From Syntrophales bacterium (GTDB lineage Bacteria > Desulfobacterota > Syntrophia > Syntrophales > PHBD01), in NCBI GenBank assembly GCA_963668175.1, contig OY764159.1, forward strand, positions 2,368,001 to 2,432,000: a DNA stretch of 64,000 bases, given 5' to 3'. Made by a program: the position numbers and the translations under genes. The notes under the pieces were generated by a model. It had not been told where the DNA came from. It was given only the letters and a program-made list of their open reading frames with translations, and ran no database searches. The stretch's first letter is position 1; the number at the start of each line of letters is the position of its first letter. Below, piece after piece: positions 1 through 8,561 of this stretch.

Positions 1-1226
1 ATCTGGGCAATACGCCCCTGGAGGGCAACGTGCCCCTCGTCATGACGCACGCATCGCTGGTGAACGCCATGCTGACGAATTCCTTCTACACCCCGTGGAC
101 ATTCCGGAAGGTCGTCGTCGCCGTCTGGCTGATTGCCGTCCTGATCGGCTTTTCGGCCTGTTTCAAGTCCTGGTGGGCGCCTTACGCAGCGGGCGCCGCC
201 GTGCTCGCAGGCGTCCCGGTTCTGGCCTGGGCGCAGATGATCCATTTCACCCTGGTCCCCGTATTCACGATAGGCGCTTCTTCCCTTTTCATCTTTGTCG
301 GATTGGTCTGCGGTTTGGAAGTATCGACGGGCAGGGACCGGACGCGCATCCGGAACATCTTTTCAAAGTACGTCCCGAAGGAGGTCGTCGACCGGCTGCT
401 TGAAAAACCGGAACTGCTGAGCCTGGGAGGCGAGGAGCGCGTCGTCACCGTGCTTTTCGCCGATATTGTCAATTTCACCGTCCTGGCGGAAAAGACGGAA
501 CCGGGGCGGCTGGTCGCGCTCCTCAACGAATACCTCGGCGAGATGACGAGCATCGTCTTTTCCCACGGGGGCATCATCGACAAGTATATCGGGGACAGCA
601 TCATGGCCGAATACGGCGTGCCCCTGCCGATTCCGGACCACGCGGACCGGGCCGTCCGGACGGCGCTGGCCATGCAGAAACGGCTGGGAGAGCTTCGCGC
701 CGCCTGGATGGATCGGGGCTATCCGGAGATCGACTGCTGCATCGGCATCAATACCGGATCTGTGATCGTGGGCAACATGGGGTCCCGCGAGATACTGGAC
801 TACACGGTCATCGGCGACTCGGTCAATCTCGCATCGCGTCTTGAGGGCATCAACAGGCACTACGGCACGCGCATCCTCGTTTCGGGATTCACGCTTGAGA
901 GCACGACGCCCGGTGCGTTCAAAACGCGACTCGTGGACATCATCAAGGTGAAGGGCAAGTCCGAAGCGGTGAGCATCCACGAAGTCTGCGGCGACGGCTC
1001 GACCGTTATCGGTCCGGATGATACCGCCTATTACGGGGCCTACCGGGAGGGATTCGAAGCTTATCGAAGCCGGCGGTTCGACGAGGCGCAGGAAAGATTT
1101 AAGGAAGCTTTGGCGTCAAGGCCGGGCGACCTCGCCGCAGGTGCGATGATCGCGAGAATCGACGGCATGAAACACGAAAAGCCGCCGGAAGACTGGGACG
1201 GCTCCTTCCTCTTTTCCGTGAAATGA
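1..1226 (+). CDS. Adenylate/guanylate cyclase (class III) with CHASE2-type sensor end and TM helices; 5'-partial
   Basis: Frame is open back to the window start (LGNTPLEGNVPLVMTHASLVNAML, CHASE2-like end); TM segments; cyclase motifs VLFADIVNFT, DKYIGDSIM, DYTVIGDSVNLASRLEG, VKGK. Confidence 0.9.
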   Translation, partial: LGNTPLEGNVPLVMTHASLVNAMLTNSFYTPWTFRKVVVAVWLIAVLIGFSACFKSWWAPYAAGAAVLAGVPVLAWAQMIHFTLVPVFTIGASSLFIFVGLVCGLEVSTGRDRTRIRNIFSKYVPKEVVDRLLEKPELLSLGGEERVVTVLFADIVNFTVLAEKTEPGRLVALLNEYLGEMTSIVFSHGGIIDKYIGDSIMAEYGVPLPIPDHADRAVRTALAMQKRLGELRAAWMDRGYPEIDCCIGINTGSVIVGNMGSREILDYTVIGDSVNLASRLEGINRHYGTRILVSGFTLESTTPGAFKTRLVDIIKVKGKSEAVSIHEVCGDGSTVIGPDDTAYYGAYREGFEAYRSRRFDEAQERFKEALASRPGDLAAGAMIARIDGMKHEKPPEDWDGSFLFSVK

Positions 1227-1297
1227 CGGGGTCGCGCAAGAGTCTTGTTCAAGATCGGGAGGACATTTGCCCTCTGTGACGGCGGCGATGGAGGCGT

Positions 1298-1483
1298 CCG
1301 CTCTGTCCTGGCAAATATGCACACGATGATCGCCTTTTGCCTGGATTTGAATTCAGATGTCTGTCGGTAGGTTTTAAATCCATCAATAACCGGATCCATG
1401 ATCATGTCCATGATAATCGGATAGGCATCATTTGTCTTCAGGTATTCAACAGCCTTCTTCCCGCTCGATGCCGCAGTGACGTC
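1298..1483 (-). pseudogene. Degenerate response-regulator receiver-domain remnant
   Basis: VTAASSGKKAVEYL..IIMDMIMDPVIDGFKTYR..RQKAIIV aligns by eye with the receiver of 56968..59034 (ASGEEAVAYL..ILDMIMDPGMDGLDTYR..GQKAIIV); lacks N-terminus and KP motif. Confidence 0.65.
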
Positions 1484-1553
1484 TGGCTGAGCCGCGATAG
1501 AATCTTTATCCCTGGGATCCGCCAAATAAAGATAAAAGGTTGTTCTTCTCTAT

Positions 1554-1886
1554 TCAGTGCGGCACTGCTTTGGAGAATAGGTTTAGTATTGCGACACCAG
1601 CGACAATCAGGGACATGCCTAAAATTGCCGGGGCATCCAGATGCTGCCCGAAGCATAGCCAACCGACAAACGCGATCAGGACTATTCCTGCACCGCTCCA
1701 TATCGCATATGCAATACCTACAGGAATCGCGCGAAGCGTCAGCGATAGAAAGAAGAACGCTACACCATAAGCGACAATAGTCAATAATGACGGCCATAAC
1801 CTACTGAAGCCTTCGCTCGCTTTGAGACCCGACGTTCCAATCACTTCCGCAACTATCGCTGTCAAAAGGTAAATCCAATTTTTCAT
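1554..1886 (-). CDS. SMR family small multidrug efflux pump (QacE/EmrE-like)
   Basis: About 110 aa, 4 TM, conserved Glu in TM1 (IVAEVIGT), IPVGIAYAIWSG motif; alternative start 1889. Confidence 0.93.
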   Translation of the reverse strand: MKNWIYLLTAIVAEVIGTSGLKASEGFSRLWPSLLTIVAYGVAFFFLSLTLRAIPVGIAYAIWSGAGIVLIAFVGWLCFGQHLDAPAILGMSLIVAGVAILNLFSKAVPH

Positions 1887-2043
1887 CATGTTTCCTTTCA
1901 CACTCGGGAAATAGCGGATGGTTGTCCCTTTATGTATATTACAAATTCACCCCCATCTATCCTGTTTTGCTTCTCTTGATTACTCATATTCCATTTCGCG
2001 GACATCAGGAAGCGATCGCCGGACCTAGGCGTGTTTTTAATAC

Positions 2044-2093
2044 ACGAAGGCCGCCCCTGGGGTTTCGGGAAACCGTGCAGGGGCGGCCTTCGT
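2044..2093. repeat. GC-rich hairpin repeat, copy 1 (terminator/REP-like)
   Basis: Perfect 16-bp stem ACGAAGGCCGCCCCTG/CAGGGGCGGCCTTCGT with inner GGTTTCGGGAAACC; related copies near 3700, 4886 and 6807. Confidence 0.75.
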
Positions 2094-2185
2094 TTGTTAA
2101 GATTCATGGATGCGCAGGGAAATGTCTTCCCGGCTATTCTGCGTGTAAACGGGCCGCTGGTGGCGGCTTGGCCCGCGACTGCCCG

Positions 2186-3472
2186 CTACTTGGCTCGCCA
2201 GCCTTCGAACTTCCCGCTGAAGAAGTCGATGTTCCGGTACCCCAGCATGGTCAGAACCGTGTATGTGTGCGTCAGCTGGAAGCCGGCGCGCGCGTAGATG
2301 ATGACGCGCTTGTTCGGCGACAGGCCCGCCTTCGCATAGACGGCGCGCAACGCCTCCGGCGCCAGCAGACTGCGGTCGGTGTCGAAGGTATCGTTCCAGA
2401 AGACGTTAACCGACGTCGGGATGTGGCCCCAGTCGTAGTCGGCCGGTGAGCGGACATCGATGATGACCACGGTCTTGCGGTTGTCGTCGATCGCCGCCTG
2501 CAACTCCTTTCGGTCGACGAAGCGCGGGCTCGTTTTATTGTCCATGCTGCTGTAGGCAGCCCCGAAGGTGTAATTCGCCACGGAGATTTCCTGCTTCGCT
2601 TTCGGCTCGCGGCTCCACTCGTCCCAGCTGGGATCGTAGAAGACGATGTTCTTGTAGCCGAGATTGCGCATCGCCAGGAAATTGTTCGCCGCGTAGACGC
2701 CGCTGCCGCAGTAGGCGACGACCTGCTTGGTGCCGTCGACGCCGGCGCGTTTGAACAGGCGCGCAACTTCGTCGACAGGTTTGAGCTTGCCCTGCGCAGT
2801 CAGCAGAGAGGCTTGCGGCATGGACCGCGCCGTCGGAACGTGGCCGTCGATATAGGCGGACTCGTCCCGGCCGTCGATGATTATCGCGTCGACCGCGCCG
2901 ATCTTCGAGGCCACATAGGCCATGTCGACCCGCGGGTCGCTCTTCTTTGTCATGCGGAAGCTGCCGGGAGTCACGTTCACCGGTGTCTTGCTGAGTTCGC
3001 CGTTCCACCCTTTGATGCCGCCGTCGAGGACGTGGATGCGCCCGCCGAACCCGGCATATTCTAACATCACATAGGCCCGGCCCGGCAGCGCCGATGTCTC
3101 GTAGACGAGCAGGGTGTCCTTGTAGGTGAGGCCGGCGTCGGCGATCGTTTTCTCGATCACCTGGTCGCTCGCGAATTCATTGCGGATGCCGTTTACCTCA
3201 CCCACGTTCATTGCCCGCCACGGGAAGCTGATGGCGCCCGGGATATGACCAGCAGCGTAGTCCTTGCCTGAGCGCAGGTCGAGAACCTTGGCACCGCGCG
3301 CGATCAGCGACTGGGCCTGAGCCGTGGAGACGATGATGGGCAGGTCGGGACTCTTCGCCTGTGCCGCTTCGATGGGAACAAACAGCAGGCTTGCCATAAA
3401 GAGAGCGGCGGCAACCAATGCCGTCCCCGGACGCAGCCCTTCGCCGCGAATGCCTTTCAGAGATAATGTCAT
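2186..3472 (-). CDS. Exported three-domain rhodanese/sulfurtransferase
   Basis: GGAGGAG RBS before ATG 3472; signal peptide ending AAQA; three rhodanese repeats (GHIPGA, GHVPTA, GHIPTS); catalytic-type YCGSG only in repeat 2. Confidence 0.88.
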   Translation of the reverse strand: MTLSLKGIRGEGLRPGTALVAAALFMASLLFVPIEAAQAKSPDLPIIVSTAQAQSLIARGAKVLDLRSGKDYAAGHIPGAISFPWRAMNVGEVNGIRNEFASDQVIEKTIADAGLTYKDTLLVYETSALPGRAYVMLEYAGFGGRIHVLDGGIKGWNGELSKTPVNVTPGSFRMTKKSDPRVDMAYVASKIGAVDAIIIDGRDESAYIDGHVPTARSMPQASLLTAQGKLKPVDEVARLFKRAGVDGTKQVVAYCGSGVYAANNFLAMRNLGYKNIVFYDPSWDEWSREPKAKQEISVANYTFGAAYSSMDNKTSPRFVDRKELQAAIDDNRKTVVIIDVRSPADYDWGHIPTSVNVFWNDTFDTDRSLLAPEALRAVYAKAGLSPNKRVIIYARAGFQLTHTYTVLTMLGYRNIDFFSGKFEGWRAK

Positions 3473-3699
3473 AACTCCTCCTTCCGTTCGAGATTGAATC
3501 GATACAAACTTGCCTTTGATGTTACGGAATATAGAATCGCAGTGTTGACCTGTCAAGGGTATTCTTCATGGAAAACCGGGGACCCCCTATGCAGGGGGCG
3601 CGGCGGCGAGACTTCTTGAGCGAAGAATGCTTAAGCTGCCGCGGTCCTGTTCTAAGTCTTAAGATTCATGTTTGGCCCCCTTGTCTGTCGGAAAGGCAT

Positions 3700-3810
3700 T
3701 TCCCGCCTCCGCGGTTTCGGAGAAACCGGGCAGGGGCGGCCTTCTTTTCAACGGCAAATTTAACGCCTTAAATAAGATTCATTAATGCGCAGAGAATCGC
3801 TTTCCCGGGC
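3700..3810. repeat. Hairpin repeat, copy 2, plus shared flank
   Basis: CGGTTTCGGAGAAACCGGGCAGGGGCGGCCTTC followed by AAGATTCATTAATGCGCAGAGAA..TTCCCGG, matching AAGATTCATGGATGCGCAGGGAA..TTCCCGG at about 2099-2133. Confidence 0.65.
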
Positions 3811-3855
3811 GCACTGCGGGGAGCGAGCCGGCGACGGTGTCCAAAGACGTTTCGC

Positions 3856-4704
3856 TCAATGGTTGTTTGCCCCGAGGCCCGTGAGTTTTTCGCTCAGCGT
3901 CCGCAAGCGGCGCCGCGCCTCCGCGTCGTAGGCCTGGGCGTCGGCGCGCGACTTCTGTGTCCCGTTGAAATAAGCCCCGGTTACGCCGTCAAGCTCGGGG
4001 GACAGGGCGACGTATTCCACGGCGCGTGCGCCCTCCTCGACGGTGCTCATGGGGCCCCCGAAAAAATCGCTCTCCAGCACCATCCGCGTGTTCATGAGTG
4101 ACGCGGGATGAAGGCTGTTGACCGTAACGCCGCTATCGCGCAACGCTTCGGCGAGATCGAACGTGAACATGATCTGCGCCAGCTTGCTCTGGCGGTAGGC
4201 CCGCAGGCCGCTATACCCGCGCTCAAGCATGACGTCGTCGAAATCGACGGCCTGCTGGCCTACGGAAGCGACGTTGACGATGCGGCTGGGAGCCGACCGG
4301 CGAAGGAGCGGCAGAAGCTTGTGCGTGAGAACGTAATGGGCCAGGTAATTGACGGCAAACCTCAGCTCATGTCCGTCCGCGCTTAGTTCGCGTCCGGTCT
4401 GGCGATAGCCCATGCCGGCGGCGGCGTTATTGACGAGCACGTCGAGACGGTCCTGGTCGTGCAGGATTTCCCCGGCCAGTCTCCGGACGGCGTCCAGCGA
4501 GGAGAGGTCGGCGTTATAATAAACGAGATTGCCGTTTCCGGTCGCATTGAGGATTGCGCGCATGGCGGCTTCCCCCTTCAGCCGGTCCCGCCCGTGCAGC
4601 AGGATTTTTGCTCCCCGCGCAGCCATGTCGAGGGCGACCTTCATGCCGAGGCCGGCGGTTGCGCCCGTAATGAAGAAGACCCGATCCTCAAGTGCCTGAG
4701 CCAT
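3856..4704 (-). CDS. SDR family NAD(P)-dependent oxidoreductase (retinol-dehydrogenase-like subgroup)
   Basis: TGATAGLG, NNAA, YRQSK (YxxxK), HPA motifs. Confidence 0.9.
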   Translation of the reverse strand: MAQALEDRVFFITGATAGLGMKVALDMAARGAKILLHGRDRLKGEAAMRAILNATGNGNLVYYNADLSSLDAVRRLAGEILHDQDRLDVLVNNAAAGMGYRQTGRELSADGHELRFAVNYLAHYVLTHKLLPLLRRSAPSRIVNVASVGQQAVDFDDVMLERGYSGLRAYRQSKLAQIMFTFDLAEALRDSGVTVNSLHPASLMNTRMVLESDFFGGPMSTVEEGARAVEYVALSPELDGVTGAYFNGTQKSRADAQAYDAEARRRLRTLSEKLTGLGANNH

Positions 4705-4885
4705 ATCTATCGCTCCCTTTTCGGTAAGTAACATTCGACGGACAGGCTCCCGGCGGAACCGGTCCGCTTTTTCCTTTTCATTTGCGAAACGATCGGAAGA
4801 CGGACGATCTGCGACCGGTATAGGTCAGCCATCATTCCTTCGTCAACGCGATGCCGGCGGCCGTCCGAAGGCATGCCGTTTCCGG

Positions 4886-4928
4886 GAGCCGTCCCCGCCG
4901 ATTCCGGAACACAGGCGGGGGTGCCTTC
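4886..4928. repeat. Degenerate hairpin repeat, copy 3
   Basis: GAGCCGTCCCCGCCGATTCCGGAACACAGGCGGGGGTGCCTTC resembles the copy at 6807-6849. Confidence 0.5.
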
Positions 4929-5003
4929 GCGTTGCGGTATGATGTCGTTGTCTGCCTGCGGGCGTTCTTGCTCTGCGTCGCCCGCCGGCGGCTGTCGGGA
5001 ATC

Positions 5004-6596
5004 CTATTTCCAGGGTTTCAGGGCCGCAGCGTTTTCGCCGGCAATGCGGCCGAAGGCGATACATTCGCCAATATTGGCCCCTCCCTGGGGATACTGCACA
5101 TAAATGGAACCGAGTTCCCCGGCGCTGTACAACCGGGGAATGGGTTTCCCGAAGGGATCCACGATCTGCGCCCGGGCATTGCGCCTGGGACCGCCGAAAG
5201 TGTTGTTCAGGCCCGGCCACAGCGGCACGGCGTAGAACGGCGCGGCCTCCAGGGTACGCATCGTGCCGGCGGGCCGCCCGAAATCCTCATCCCTGCCCTT
5301 TTGAACGAAGGCGTTGAATTTCTGCACCTCGGCCGCCAGGGCCGCGGGGTCCAGCTGAATCTTCTTCGCCAGTTCTTCTATGCTTCCGGCTTTGACGATC
5401 CAGCCCCGCTCGATTTCCTTGCTGTTGTCCTTGCTCCAGTCGTACATGCCCAAGGGGCCGGCGGCGCCGAGATTGTTGCGGATCAGCGGTCCGGAAGTAC
5501 GCCGGCTCTCGTCGAAGATCCAGTAGGACGGGATGCGGGGCCAGGTATAATTGACGGTATCGTACATCAGTGCGTTCCAATAGCCTGAATACCCGCCGAG
5601 CTGGTTTTCCGCCTTGAATCGCTTCCCCGTCTTATCGACCACGATATAACTGCCGATGCCGAAGGCCTCGCCGAAAGCGGTGGGGAAATCGGGGAACTTC
5701 AGCTTGAATCCTCCCCCCAGAACGGCCATATGCCAGAGGTCCGCCCCCACCTCCTGCGCCATGCGGACGCCGTCGCCGGTATTGTCGGGATTGCCGTAGA
5801 ATGTCAGGGGGTAGGCGGGGAAATAGGCCTTGAGGGCCGCCTGGTCGAATTCAAAGCCGCCGCAGGTCAACACGACGGCCTTCGCCGCCCTGATGGTAAT
5901 ATCCTTGCCGTTCGCCTTCGCCAGGACGCCGGCGATATGCCCGTTCCTGTGCTTGATCAGTCTGGTCACCGGCGACTGCCAGAGGATGTCGATTTTCCTC
6001 TCTTTGACCTTCCCGTCGAGAAAGCCGAAGAAGTCGGTGCCGACGCCGGGAGTACGATCCGCCCTTCTGATCTGATAGGCTTTCATGGCGTCGTTGCCGG
6101 GCCATTTCGGGTCACGCCCCTTTGCGGCAAACATGAAGAAATCTTTCACCCCCAGTCCGGCGAGCCAATCCTTGTTCTGGGACATGTACTTTGCCCATAC
6201 TTCGATAACGTCGTCATCGATGTCCTTCGACTCCGGCATGTCCACATTCACGCGCGATGCGACCTGCATGTACGCAACGGCATCGGGAATGCTGGACGGG
6301 CTCATAAAGGCGCCCAGGCACATCTGCGTGTTGGATGTATGTCCCTTCTCGGACTGTTTCTCCAAAATGAGGACTTTAGAGCCTTTGTCGGCGGCCGTTA
6401 TGGCCGTCACCGCCCCGGCGCCGCCGTACCCGACGACCACGATGTCGGTCTCCCTGGTCCATTTTTTCGGCAGAGGCGCATCGGCGGCGGCCGAGACGGC
6501 ATTCATGCCGGCGACGGCCAGTGCGCCGGTGCCCACAGCCGCTCCCTTCATGAAATTTCTCCTGCTGATTCCTTGTTTCGGATCGTCCTTCTTCAT
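5004..6596 (-). CDS. Tat-exported FAD-dependent oxidoreductase, flavocytochrome c/fumarate reductase/KstD flavoprotein family
   Basis: AGGAGG RBS; Tat motif SRRNFMK; VVVGYGGAG; LTCGGF; NTGDG; LYSAGE; lacks HHTMGG/NRLGG. Confidence 0.88.
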   Translation of the reverse strand: MKKDDPKQGISRRNFMKGAAVGTGALAVAGMNAVSAAADAPLPKKWTRETDIVVVGYGGAGAVTAITAADKGSKVLILEKQSEKGHTSNTQMCLGAFMSPSSIPDAVAYMQVASRVNVDMPESKDIDDDVIEVWAKYMSQNKDWLAGLGVKDFFMFAAKGRDPKWPGNDAMKAYQIRRADRTPGVGTDFFGFLDGKVKERKIDILWQSPVTRLIKHRNGHIAGVLAKANGKDITIRAAKAVVLTCGGFEFDQAALKAYFPAYPLTFYGNPDNTGDGVRMAQEVGADLWHMAVLGGGFKLKFPDFPTAFGEAFGIGSYIVVDKTGKRFKAENQLGGYSGYWNALMYDTVNYTWPRIPSYWIFDESRRTSGPLIRNNLGAAGPLGMYDWSKDNSKEIERGWIVKAGSIEELAKKIQLDPAALAAEVQKFNAFVQKGRDEDFGRPAGTMRTLEAAPFYAVPLWPGLNNTFGGPRRNARAQIVDPFGKPIPRLYSAGELGSIYVQYPQGGANIGECIAFGRIAGENAAALKPWK

Positions 6597-6806
6597 GGCT
6601 GGCACCTCCTTGAAAAGCTTCCTTGCGGGTCATGTTTCCCTTCGACACAAATAATACTATACATTCTTCAGACTCCGCAAAACAATAGAAAATATCCCAT
6701 CTCAGAACGCGGTATAGCGGCCGGATGCATCCTAGCATATCAAGCAAGATGTAATGTGTATTGAAAACAGGAAGAAATCGTGGACCGGGTTGGTGTTAAT
6801 ACGGCG

Positions 6807-6849
6807 AGGCCGTCCCCGCCGGTTCGGGAAACCGGCGGGGACGGCCTTC
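6807..6849. repeat. Hairpin repeat, copy 4 (probable terminator of 6871..8391)
   Basis: 18-bp stem AGGCCGTCCCCGCCGGTT/AACCGGCGGGGACGGCCT, loop CGGGA, preceded by TTAATAC as in copy 1. Confidence 0.75.
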
Positions 6850-6870
6850 ATTTTAACCGATACAAAGAAA

Positions 6871-8391
6871 TTATCTCGCTGCGGGCTTTTTGGCGGGTGC
6901 CGCCTTTGACAGCACGGCGGCTTCCTTGCCGCAGACGCGCCCCATGACGAGGCAGTTGCACAGGGAGGCCCCGGCGAAGTAGTCGTCGTAATAGACGCCG
7001 CCGGCCGTCTCGCCGCAGGCGTAGAGCCCCGGGATGACGATCCCGTCCGCTTCCTGCGCTTGACCCTTGCCGTTGATCTTGATGCCGCCGAAGGTGAGCG
7101 TGATCCCCGGGACGAGGGGATAGAAGGCGTAGAACTTGGGCGTCTCGATCTTGAAGGCCACGGCCGTTTTCGGCGGCTTGGCGGCAAGCGCCTTGCCGTC
7201 CTTGACGCCGTTGTTGAAATCCGTCACGGTCTGGACGAGCTTGTCCGCCGGGCAGCCGATCTTCGCGGCCAGTTCCTGGAGGGTGTCCGCCTCCTGGAGC
7301 TTGATGCCCATGCGGGCGAAGGTGTCCATGGAGATCTGGACGCCCTGCTTCTTCTTCAACTCCTCGTCGAAGATGAGCGCCACGGTCTGGCCGGGCTGTT
7401 TCAGGGCCGCTTTGCCGTGGGCGACGTAACCCAGGGATTCGTTGACGTAGCGCGATCCGTCGCGGTTGATGCCCAGGCAGAAGGGAACCGCGCGGGAGGG
7501 GTTGCCCGAGGCGGTATTGTCCGGACTGACGGCGGCGATGTGCAGGGAGGTCAATCCGCCCATGGCGACCCACATGGCGCCCGCTTCATGGGCCATCTGC
7601 ATCCCTTCGCCCGTTGCCCAGGGCGTCCCGCGGACCATCATCTCGTCGGCATTCGGGTCGACGAAGGTTTCGAGCATCTCCTTGTTGCCCGCGTAGCCGC
7701 CCGTGGCGATGACGACGGCGTCGGCCATGTAGTCGATCAGGCGGCCGTCGGGGCCCGCCGCCCTGACGCCGATCACCTTGCCGCGGTCGTCCATGATGAG
7801 CTGTTTGGCCTTGGTGCGGAAGATGAATTTCCCGCCCGCCTTCACGAACTTGTCCTTCATCTTGGCCATGGCCCCCGGCATCCCCGCAAACTGGGCGGGC
7901 GCGACGGTCGCGGTCTTTACGCGGTAGGGCGCCGCGTCGAGGGGGGGCAGGATGTCGACGCCGCAACCCTTGAACCAATCGATGGACTCGAAGATGTTGT
8001 CCGCGATGACGCGGGATATCTCGGCGTTTCCCTTGCCCTGGCTCTTTTTCATGAAGTCTTCGTAATAGGCGTCGATCCCCGCCTTCGAGCGGTCCGGCGG
8101 CAGGCACAGCGCCCCGCCTGCAATCTTGGAGTTGCCGCCGTCCTTGCCGTTCGCCATCTTCTCCAGGACGACGACGTCGGCCCCGTCCATCCGCGCCTGC
8201 AGGGCGGCGGAGAGTCCGGCGAGTCCCGTCCCGATGACCACGACGCCGTGTTTTTCCGTCTTGGCCCCCTTGGGGAGCAGGGCCGCCTCGACCATGGTGA
8301 ACTGGCCCAGCGTCAGCACCCCCGCGCCGATGCCGATGCCTTTGATAAACTCCCTCCGGTTGAGGGTTCCCTTTCCGCTTGTCTTCTTCAT
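6871..8391 (-). CDS. Tat-exported FAD-dependent oxidoreductase (flavocytochrome c/TcuA-like)
   Basis: Tat motif NRREFIK; VIGTGLAG; GGNSKIAGG; IATGGY; ITLTFGG; LYACGE. Confidence 0.88.
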   Translation of the reverse strand: MKKTSGKGTLNRREFIKGIGIGAGVLTLGQFTMVEAALLPKGAKTEKHGVVVIGTGLAGLSAALQARMDGADVVVLEKMANGKDGGNSKIAGGALCLPPDRSKAGIDAYYEDFMKKSQGKGNAEISRVIADNIFESIDWFKGCGVDILPPLDAAPYRVKTATVAPAQFAGMPGAMAKMKDKFVKAGGKFIFRTKAKQLIMDDRGKVIGVRAAGPDGRLIDYMADAVVIATGGYAGNKEMLETFVDPNADEMMVRGTPWATGEGMQMAHEAGAMWVAMGGLTSLHIAAVSPDNTASGNPSRAVPFCLGINRDGSRYVNESLGYVAHGKAALKQPGQTVALIFDEELKKKQGVQISMDTFARMGIKLQEADTLQELAAKIGCPADKLVQTVTDFNNGVKDGKALAAKPPKTAVAFKIETPKFYAFYPLVPGITLTFGGIKINGKGQAQEADGIVIPGLYACGETAGGVYYDDYFAGASLCNCLVMGRVCGKEAAVLSKAAPAKKPAAR

Positions 8392-8561
8392 CTTCCGATC
8401 TCCTTTCGTGCTGGCGGACCATTGCCCGCTTGTCTGCGCGTTATTTGCGTTATTGACCTATCCCTGTCTTATATCATATTTGAAGTCGGACGTCCGTTAT
8501 TTTGATGGATGGGGGAGGATGGCAAGAGAAGATGGCTTGCGGCGGCGGCGCGCTTTGGACG

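Noticed and set aside
1490..1553. attC site after the Qac-like SMR gene (integron cassette)
   Set aside because: Only a short TCTTTAT/ATAAAGA inverted repeat; no RYYYAAC..GTTRRRY core pair and no integrase
3545..3557. TTGACCTGTCAA palindrome as an FNR/CRP site
   Set aside because: Spacing is too short for TTGAT-N4-ATCAA; better explained as the -35 of a TTGACA-N17-TATATT promoter for the rhodanese
2044..6849. CRISPR array interpretation of the repeated hairpins
   Set aside because: Copies are kb apart, divergent and separated by whole genes; no cas genes
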